A stretch of 64,000 bases of DNA from Minutocellus sp. GHC0000111 (Eukaryota). The stretch spans positions 1,054,001-1,118,000 of the forward strand of contig OZ361257.1 in the NCBI GenBank assembly GCA_977018835.1. Direction: 5' to 3'. Within the stretch, counting starts at the first letter, position 1. The number at the start of each line of letters is the position of its first letter. Under the pieces are notes generated by a model. The model worked only from the letters and a program-made list of their open reading frames with translations, made no database searches and was not told where the DNA came from. The position numbers and the translations under genes are program-made. This document shows, piece after piece, positions 56,813 through 64,000 of this stretch.

Positions 56813-58732
56813 CTACACCCGCTTCTGTTTCTCTTTTGGAAGGAGATTCTTATGCCAAACTTGGAGGTTCCAGATGTTTCTCCCATCGGCATGCTTCGCC
56901 AATATTTGTATTGGCTGTCCATCGAGTACTTTCGACATGCCCAGCTTTGTGAATCCAAGGTCGAGACTGTAGGTCGCGGTGTCCAGAAGATTCTGATAGA
57001 AATCAAATGTGTAGATACTTTCAGTGTCGAACGAATACATCGCGGCCCTATCGGGAGAGGCCAAATGCCTCTTTCGTCGTGCCGGTGTAACATCTCCTCC
57101 CTTGAACAGTCCACCAAAGAGAGAACAATCCTCATCAATCTGGCTGCACATAATGTCAGGCTCATTTCCAGGCATATCTGCCGAAATGAGCTGTGAGGTC
57201 GCAGCTAATATTGCCAATGCCCTCGGCTGCTTCTCGTGAAGGACAATATTCGCGCCCGGTGCCAATCGCTTGATCAGATTGGTACCAGCACTGACAACCC
57301 ATGGTGGAGGGAGTCCCTTGAGCGGCTTTGTAAATTCATGGCCCGTGAGCACATCGCTCACCTTGAGTGGCTCTTTGAACCTGCCTTGAACGATGGCCTG
57401 AAATCTCCTCCGCCTTCCAACAAAATATTCAGCATCAGACGCAGCATCATCACTCGGCAGATCCCTCAAACGAATGAGACAAATACCCTCGAACAGATCC
57501 GAGCTAAACTCAAACGGCTTACCGAGTGGAACTGGTCCTCGCCCATAGTTGGGGATTATCAAATCTGGTTGAGCGTCGCTGTTGGCGCATACTAAGACAG
57601 GATAGTGAGGCCACTCAGCTGGTAAGGTATGGTGTTGTCTTGCCCGAATGGTTGTAACCGGGGAAGCGGTCAGTCCATCTGATATTTGCCGTATTGAAAG
57701 TCTCTGACGCATCATTTCAATCACCGATTCTCTCTTTTGTATCAATGGCATCGCGCCTGCCCTACTCTCGTCACCATCCATGGATGATGTCGCCACAGAG
57801 TCGTCGGTACCGACCATATCTCTCATAAACGCTTCCTCAACATCTTCCTGTAGGCGAACAAGACGAACGTATGCTAAGACATGGTCAAAGATCGAGTCAC
57901 ACGCAGAACGTGGGCCTCTTGACCAAAAGTTGATTGTGCCGAGCAGAAGCAATACGGATGTAAAGGATATGGTGGCAACATTGGCAATAGTTCGTTCTTC
58001 ATCTGCATCAACGCCTGCCACAATGGAACAATACAACACGTAGGCTAGAACACAATATATCGTCAATGTAAGCGTGAAAGCAAGTGCCGATATCGCTTCT
58101 TCAAGTATCAATATTCGACCATGTGCATCATCCAACAGATGAGAGTATTTGTCGACGTTGGAAGATAGTCTATCGATTGCCAGGCGGAGATCGGCAGTCT
58201 CATCACTGATTACCGACGACACTTCACCGTACAATTCTCCAAGCACTTCTTTTCGTTTTTTTATTGATCGCGTATCGCCATCAATGTTGTCATTCTGAAA
58301 GCGAAAGTAAAGGGTGGCACTCTCTCCGACAACAAATTTATGCTCATTACACACGTGATGGATATACCCAGCATTAATCAGTTGGTTGAGCGTGGCCACT
58401 GCAGATTCTTCATAACTCACGCCAGCGGCAGTGGTTCCCTCAACACCAGCACTCTCGGGTGCCTCCGGCATCGCATTCCTCTGCAAATATTCCACCATCC
58501 ACTGCACCGCATCTGAGTGCAGGAAGCACTGCTTGTAAACTTTGAGATTCCGCCACCGCCGATCGACTGTTCGCGACCGAAGACCTTCCCTCATTTCCAA
58601 CACGAGCGCAAGCTTTCGCTCGGCTTCTTGGAATGTCGTCTCATCGCCGCTCGCGCTGATTTGTCGTCGGGTGTTCGACACCGATGACGGTCGGCGGCGA
58701 CCGGGCAGCAGCAGCGCTCGCGAGGAAGCCAT
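56813..58732 (-). CDS. DEP domain + 2 TM helices + DUF1769-like protein
   Basis: DEP: YKQCFLHSDAVQWM...LINAGYIHHV...LYFRF. DUF1769-like: FSSDLFEG...YFVGRRRRFQAIVQGRFK...GHEF...YTFDFY. Confidence 0.75.
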   Translation of the reverse strand: MASSRALLLPGRRRPSSVSNTRRQISASGDETTFQEAERKLALVLEMREGLRSRTVDRRWRNLKVYKQCFLHSDAVQWMVEYLQRNAMPEAPESAGVEGTTAAGVSYEESAVATLNQLINAGYIHHVCNEHKFVVGESATLYFRFQNDNIDGDTRSIKKRKEVLGELYGEVSSVISDETADLRLAIDRLSSNVDKYSHLLDDAHGRILILEEAISALAFTLTLTIYCVLAYVLYCSIVAGVDADEERTIANVATISFTSVLLLLGTINFWSRGPRSACDSIFDHVLAYVRLVRLQEDVEEAFMRDMVGTDDSVATSSMDGDESRAGAMPLIQKRESVIEMMRQRLSIRQISDGLTASPVTTIRARQHHTLPAEWPHYPVLVCANSDAQPDLIIPNYGRGPVPLGKPFEFSSDLFEGICLIRLRDLPSDDAASDAEYFVGRRRRFQAIVQGRFKEPLKVSDVLTGHEFTKPLKGLPPPWVVSAGTNLIKRLAPGANIVLHEKQPRALAILAATSQLISADMPGNEPDIMCSQIDEDCSLFGGLFKGGDVTPARRKRHLASPDRAAMYSFDTESIYTFDFYQNLLDTATYSLDLGFTKLGMSKVLDGQPIQILAKHADGRNIWNLQVWHKNLLPKEKQKRV

Positions 58733-58930
58733 GGTGTTCGGTATTCGTGTGCAAAATCAAAAATGAGCAAGTGATGGCATGGGGGTCTATTTCCATTACG
58801 TTGAATTGCCGTCATCATTCACGAAGCACGTGCAAGCAAGCGTACCTAGCCTAGGTAGCTGCAAGCGTGCAAGCTCGGCAATGGGGATCAGCAAGCCGCG
58901 CTCGCTCGAGCGAAAGGCGCCACAAAAGAT

Positions 58931-60007
58931 ATGATACCTCAAGCTCATGCCATGACGAAGGTGGACGAATTTCGAACAGTATTTGAGTCGTCGCTCCGCG
59001 ACATTCATGCTCGGACGTCGGTGGATGACGACTGCAAGAGATGCCTGATTCTTTCGGGCGGTGTCGATACCTGTGCAATTCTGGAAGCCTCCAGCAAACT
59101 CGGCATCAAGTTTTCGGGCGCCTTCACGGTCATCACGGGTGACGAATCGCCAGACAAGGGCTTTGCGATGGCAGCTGCCAAGCAGCACGGATTGGATCAC
59201 ACCATTATACGTCTCACGCCCAAGGAGCTCGTGGATACCTACCTTCCTGTATGCATCGAGCTGTTGGAATGCTATGACGGCATGACGCTGCGCAATTCTT
59301 TGGTTGTTGCAGCAGCATTCAAGGCAGCATCCGAGAAAGGCTTTACGGAAGCCATCGTTGGTGATGGTGCAGATGAATTATTTGGTGGTTACTCCTTCAT
59401 GTGGGGGTGGCTAGATGATCCAGCCAAGTGGAAGGAGAAGCGAGATAGCATGTGCCGTAAGTGGACATTCGCTACAAGTACCTTGGGCCAGAATTATGGC
59501 ATAACGCCCCATTCTCCTTACATGGAACCAAAGACGGTGGAGTGGGCTCTGGCGAATACTGATCGACAGGATTGCATCGACGAGCGGCCGATTCGTCTGG
59601 TGCATGGGGGCATATTCAAGGACCATACCACAGGAAAAGTAATTCTCCGTGAGGCATACGAAACCGTGTCGTCGTGGAGGCGCAAGGATCCCATCGAGGT
59701 GGGAAGTGGTGTCACGGTAATCGGACACGATCCTTATTGGAAGGACATTGTATCCGATAAAGAATTTGAGAAGGAGAGGAAGGGGCTGTTGGAACGAGGC
59801 TTTGACATTAAATCCAAAGAATATCTGGTCAATTTCCGGACATTCGAGAAATGCTTTGGTAAGAACGGAGAGAAATGTACAAAGATGAAACGACTTGCTT
59901 TGGGAGAGGGCTGTGTGGGATGTTGCTTTGATGTTGGAGATGAACTATTTTGCCGCATGTGTGGTAGCTATCCAGCACAGAGGAGCATGCAGGAGAAGAA
60001 GGATTGA
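58931..60007 (+). CDS. Asparagine synthase C-terminal-like (PP-loop ATP pyrophosphatase) protein without a glutaminase domain
   Basis: LSGGVDT, GDGADELFGGY and GKVILREA...WRRK, plus a C-terminal CxxC...CxxC. Confidence 0.8.
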   Translation: MIPQAHAMTKVDEFRTVFESSLRDIHARTSVDDDCKRCLILSGGVDTCAILEASSKLGIKFSGAFTVITGDESPDKGFAMAAAKQHGLDHTIIRLTPKELVDTYLPVCIELLECYDGMTLRNSLVVAAAFKAASEKGFTEAIVGDGADELFGGYSFMWGWLDDPAKWKEKRDSMCRKWTFATSTLGQNYGITPHSPYMEPKTVEWALANTDRQDCIDERPIRLVHGGIFKDHTTGKVILREAYETVSSWRRKDPIEVGSGVTVIGHDPYWKDIVSDKEFEKERKGLLERGFDIKSKEYLVNFRTFEKCFGKNGEKCTKMKRLALGEGCVGCCFDVGDELFCRMCGSYPAQRSMQEKKD

Positions 60008-60034
60008 TGTGGTGCAATGGAAATGTCCTAATTG

Positions 60035-60736
60035 TTAATTGTAAGAAATTCCAGCGGCGCTTAACTTTTCATCAAGCTCGCCACTCTCAGCAAGTGTAAG
60101 TAGACCAGGCCCATCGTTGCAACCGCCGATAAATTCTCCCTTGATAAATATGGCTGGAACAGAAGTCCGTCTTGTTTTGCGTCCCAGTACTGCACGAATC
60201 TCATTGCCGGAATTGCTTTCGAGTGTATCAAGCTCTAAAGTCGCATACGAAATTCCCCTTTCATCTAGATAGTCCTTGGCTCGTCTGCAAAATGGACAAG
60301 TAGTAAAGCTCAGCATGGCCACTGGATTGTCTTCCACAAACTGGTCGACTTGAGCCGTCACAGCGGCCTCATCAAATTCACCAGCTACAATATCTGCGAC
60401 CCACTGCTTGAAGGAATATCCTGGTCCGGCCATCATCTCCGACAGTTTCGAGGCGAAAGATCCCTGCTCACTCCACGCCATGGGCTCACCGACGCGTCCC
60501 TTCTCGTCAACCTCTGATGATGCCTCCACCCGATCATTCTCCAGCTTGAAGAGGGTTGTAGCGAGCTGATCGAGGAGTGGTCGTTTCATGGCGCAAAGGC
60601 GGGATGATGAAATGCGCGGAGAATGAGCACATGGCCTCTGTTGCGATTGTGGCGGTGGCTGAGTGCTGAATGCGACCGCAATTGTTGGGAGGCCGAGCAA
60701 GAGCAATGGGAAGAAGGAGGTTGGTCGGTTCGTCAT
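60035..60736 (-). CDS. Dithiol glutaredoxin, plastid-targeted
   Basis: Active site CPFC, TSVPAIFI and IGGCND. Signal peptide followed by AVAFST. Likely ATG at 60736. Confidence 0.9.
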   Translation of the reverse strand: MTNRPTSFFPLLLLGLPTIAVAFSTQPPPQSQQRPCAHSPRISSSRLCAMKRPLLDQLATTLFKLENDRVEASSEVDEKGRVGEPMAWSEQGSFASKLSEMMAGPGYSFKQWVADIVAGEFDEAAVTAQVDQFVEDNPVAMLSFTTCPFCRRAKDYLDERGISYATLELDTLESNSGNEIRAVLGRKTRRTSVPAIFIKGEFIGGCNDGPGLLTLAESGELDEKLSAAGISYN

Positions 60737-60745
60737 GATATGATG

Positions 60746-60770
60746 CTCTCTCTCTCTCTCTCTCTCTCTC
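60746..60770. repeat. (CT)n microsatellite in the glutaredoxin 5' UTR
   Basis: About 12 CT units read directly from the sequence. Confidence 0.9.
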
Positions 60771-61183
60771 TTCCTCTGATGATGATGGGCATTTATTTGC
60801 GAGAAGAAAGAATCTCGCGCGGTTTGCGCCACACGCCGCGCGAGGTTGAAATGAATCTGGAAATGCAAAATGAAATCGGAAAATTATATTTATTATTCAA
60901 TAAAAACACTCTAATCTGAAGAAAGAACGACGTGTCAACAGCCATCTGCTTCCTTCGTCAGCGATGAGTCAGAGCATTCTCCGCAATATATAATTAATTT
61001 CCTGCGTCATCATTTTCCCCCAGAAAACACAAGTTGCCGAACCCCGCGCCGCCGACGTCACCTCGAGCTGAAGGCACTTTTCCTCAAAGCAGACTGTACA
61101 CCGCCGAGAAGCATTAGCCACGGCAGCATTCCATTGATTGCACTGTCACCTGAGTTGACGCAGCAGCTCAGTCTTGGTGCACT

Positions 61184-62443
61184 ATGGCCGGTCCATTGCA
61201 CATAATATCACATCTTGACGAGAACGACTGCAGCGATATGCTCATCACGCTGACACCCCCACCGTCGCAAATGCCGGCATCATCACAACCACCCCAACCG
61301 CCGGCGGCACGGTCACGCATCCGATCCTGGAGGATGATTGTGGCCGTGGCGATATGTTCCATTGCCACATCTGTTGGTCCGGTGTCGGCATTTACGCTGG
61401 ACAGTGCGGCACGACGTCAGATGCGCCATCTCGGCTCGCCGCTCGTGCAAAGAACATTGGCATCAGCAACAACAACTGCTCGGCGAAGTTCCTCCTCCAC
61501 CTCCTCTCTCAACATGGTATGGTGGTTCGGTGGCAACGAAGCGCAGGAGATGGAGGACGGTGACAGCTGCGAGCTGGTCGCTGTTCGGATCGATCGGACG
61601 TCTCCCAACTCCCGTCGGATCGGCGGAGAGATCACGGTCGAGCGGCCCCTCGAGGATGTATGGGCCATCCTCACCGATTACGACAATTTGGCCATCCACG
61701 TTCCCAACCTGGTGGAGAGCCGCCGAGTATCGAGCGGGTCGGTCGGGGAGCAGGGAGATGGGTCGTACAAGTGCCGGCTGTTCCAGAAGGGTGCACAAAA
61801 GATCATTGGCTTCCAATTTGCTGCCTCCGTGACGATGGACATGTCTGAGTCCATCGTTTCGGCCACGGAGGGGATGCAGCAGCGCAAGATTGGGTTCAAG
61901 TGCGTCGACTCTCAATTCTTCTCCGAGTTCGATGGTGACTGGACAGCGATTGAAAACCCCCTGCCCGACCCGGTGACGGGAGAGAAGACAACCACCATTA
62001 AATACGTGGTTGATGTGCGTCCGAAGGGACCCGTGCCAGTTGCAGCATTGGAATGGCGCATCCGCGAAGATGTCCCTACCAACCTACGTGCAGTGAAGAA
62101 GGCTGCCATCGAGGTAGGCCAGGAGGGCGTATTGGCCATGAGGCAGCGTCGCAACAGCAGTCCCGTCAGCCGTGCTCTGGCGCAGGACACTACCCGGTCT
62201 CCGGCTCGGAAGAGCGAGATACGTGCCAACGGTACCGTCGGCAAGCGTCGTGCCGCCAGAGATGCCGCAGTGGCCGCTGGTGGTGCTGCCAAGCGCACCG
62301 CCCGAAAGGTCGTTGGTAGGGCTGGAGAGGCAGTCACTGCCGCTGCGGCTAACGTTGTCAACAAGACTCGACCACGACAGCTCGCTCCTGTTTGGGTGGA
62401 CTGGTACGAAGATGAAACGATGGCAACATATTTGGACGACTGA
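61184..62443 (+). CDS. SRPBCC/START (polyketide cyclase, Coq10-like) domain protein, probably plastid-targeted; start uncertain
   Basis: VWAILTDYDNLAIHVPNLVESR and FSEFDGDW; signal-like segment followed by VSAFTL. Confidence 0.8.
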   Translation: MAGPLHIISHLDENDCSDMLITLTPPPSQMPASSQPPQPPAARSRIRSWRMIVAVAICSIATSVGPVSAFTLDSAARRQMRHLGSPLVQRTLASATTTARRSSSSTSSLNMVWWFGGNEAQEMEDGDSCELVAVRIDRTSPNSRRIGGEITVERPLEDVWAILTDYDNLAIHVPNLVESRRVSSGSVGEQGDGSYKCRLFQKGAQKIIGFQFAASVTMDMSESIVSATEGMQQRKIGFKCVDSQFFSEFDGDWTAIENPLPDPVTGEKTTTIKYVVDVRPKGPVPVAALEWRIREDVPTNLRAVKKAAIEVGQEGVLAMRQRRNSSPVSRALAQDTTRSPARKSEIRANGTVGKRRAARDAAVAAGGAAKRTARKVVGRAGEAVTAAAANVVNKTRPRQLAPVWVDWYEDETMATYLDD

Positions 62444-62575
62444 AGAAAGGACTGGCTGGATAATTCATTGATATCGTATTTTATAAATTGCTAATACTAA
62501 ATCGCATAGAGTTTTTTCTGCCATTATCAGCATTGGCATTACTGTGACATTATTTCTACTCAAATGTATTGCTCG

Positions 62576-63418
62576 TCACCAAAGCATGCATATTGATCTT
62601 GTGCTTTCGACTGGGTCTTGACATTTGATTAATTTGTCTTCGTTCCCCTCATGCTCATTAGCATCGTCATCCTCATCCTCGTACAGCTCGGCCATGTACT
62701 TTCGCTTGACATAGTCCAATTCATCATCCTCTGACATACCTTTTGTAGCAACGATGTCCGGATGAGACGCTGATACTCCTCCCTCGGGCAGCCCCATGAG
62801 CCTTTCCATCTCCCTCCGTTTCCTTGGCCCCCACTCTCTCAAGGATCGAACTGCCTCGTCAACTGACTCATAGCCACTGGCGTAGAATATTGCGGCAGAT
62901 AAGATCCCAACGCCACCTACACTCAACATGGAACCGATAAGGAGTGCTCTCGCCGCCAAGACAGGTCCAGCAGGATTAAACCCTGTAGCCCCTGCTCTTC
63001 CTGCAGCAGCAGTAGTGGCGGCCGTGGCAGCACCACCGGAAGCTTCGGCGGCACTAGCACTTGCTGCTGCCGATGTTGGAGCTTTGGCCTTGCCCGCCGA
63101 AGGCAGCTCATGGCCCTCCATCAGCCGCGAAACGATGCCACCGCCACCACCAGTAGCGCCTCCACTCCCGGGCGTGTAGTTGTCCCCACCAGCCGCGGCA
63201 GCACGTTTCATTTCTCGTCGGTAACCGCCGTATGCTCCAAGAGCGAAGGGGAACGAGGCGCCCAAAAGAAATAGAGACGGGCTGATCATCGGTGGAGCAG
63301 CTGGGGGGTTGAGAGGTCCATTCTCACATGCATCGCCGTCACTAACCGAGTCAGGAGAAGGTATAGAAGCGTCCTCTCTCATACTCGTGGACGAACTCAT
63401 ACTAAGTAAGCCGCTCAT
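62576..63418 (-). CDS. Hypothetical 2-TM protein (weak resemblance to TMEM242/Aim11)
   Basis: Two hydrophobic segments separated by an Ala/Gly linker; LAARALLIGSMLSVGG...SGYESVDE. Confidence 0.55.
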   Translation of the reverse strand: MSGLLSMSSSTSMREDASIPSPDSVSDGDACENGPLNPPAAPPMISPSLFLLGASFPFALGAYGGYRREMKRAAAAGGDNYTPGSGGATGGGGGIVSRLMEGHELPSAGKAKAPTSAAASASAAEASGGAATAATTAAAGRAGATGFNPAGPVLAARALLIGSMLSVGGVGILSAAIFYASGYESVDEAVRSLREWGPRKRREMERLMGLPEGGVSASHPDIVATKGMSEDDELDYVKRKYMAELYEDEDDDANEHEGNEDKLIKCQDPVESTRSICMLW

Positions 63419-63901
63419 AAAATCGTTGGCCAGTAGGCCGTGTGGCGACTGCGAAGTGATACCAAGTGCGTACGCCAGCGACGTTTTCGCCCAGAAATCG
63501 GAAAGTCCGAAGAAATACCTACAAAATCTCATTTCTCAGAATGTTTTCCATAATTTTTGTTTTGGAACGACAGTTTTGTGCTACTCAAAAAACAAAAAAA
63601 ATAAAATTTGCCTGAACTGGAGAACTATTTATTTGAGAATTCGAGTCAATAAGGCAAGTTTGATGCAAAGTTATGAATGTTACCGAGGTGTCGCACTACA
63701 TGTAACTATCACCGTTAAAACTATCAACTTTTATGTACTTGTTGATATGTTCGCCGTGTTCGAGTCACTCGTGTAGGATGACACAGCACAGCTTCAGCAT
63801 CAGCCATTTTTACCAGCAAACACACGAGGTTTGAGTTTTTACACGTACCAAATGCATCAAAGCAAGCTAGTAACATAATAAATCTAAGTAAAAATGTCAA
63901 T

Positions 63902-64000
63902 CTAAGCTTTCTTGGAGCGAGGGGCGATACCGTCCTTGGTTGCGATGAAGTCGCCTCGGACGTTTTGTCCTTGTTGGGCCGTTGGCTTACAACTTCGCAA
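63902..64000 (-). CDS. 3' end of an unidentified gene (partial)
   Basis: Open frame LRSCKPT...APRSKKA-TAG running from the window edge, followed by an AT-rich 3' region. Confidence 0.4.
   Translation of the reverse strand: MRSCKPTAQQGQNVRGDFIATKDGIAPRSKKA

Noticed and set aside
1..64000. CRISPR arrays, rRNA/tRNA genes, or bacterial contamination suggested by PqiA, MlaE and Hpt
   Set aside because: No repeat-spacer array or RNA-gene signature was seen. The PqiA-like and Hpt genes have spliceosomal introns, and all three sit among clearly eukaryotic genes.

Overview
Gene-dense eukaryotic nuclear DNA, most likely from a diatom or close ochrophyte. The evidence is short GT-AG introns, ASAFAP-type plastid presequences, a cyclase-phosphodiesterase fusion and a class-C-like GPCR. 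About 25 host genes are present, including MsrA, a PPR protein, an Hpt protein, a GT8 glycosyltransferase, an MlaF-MlaE fusion, a BTB protein, SLC10A7, Nop9, a Roco protein and a glutaredoxin. Four TIR DNA elements were found by reading the DNA: a 223-bp MITE (17006-17228); a 1.5-kb non-autonomous element (17518-19018); a 2.47-kb CAC...GTG element with a deleted Chapaev/Transib/RAG1-like transposase whose ends differ by an 11-bp spacer, giving a 12/23-like geometry (26369-28836); and a 4.24-kb Kolobok-type element with perfect 17-bp TIRs and a TTAA target duplication that carries an intact OB-fold plus KolX/P2X7-ballast-like gene (28955-33194). Unusual host architectures include GPCR-TPR-nucleoside hydrolase, LRR-Roc-COR-trypsin and a His/Met-rich insert in a receptor cyclase. 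At least six, possibly seven, host genes carry frameshifts, premature stops or a lost start codon, reflecting either a decaying haplotype or consensus errors. All family calls come from motif recognition by eye; no database search was run.
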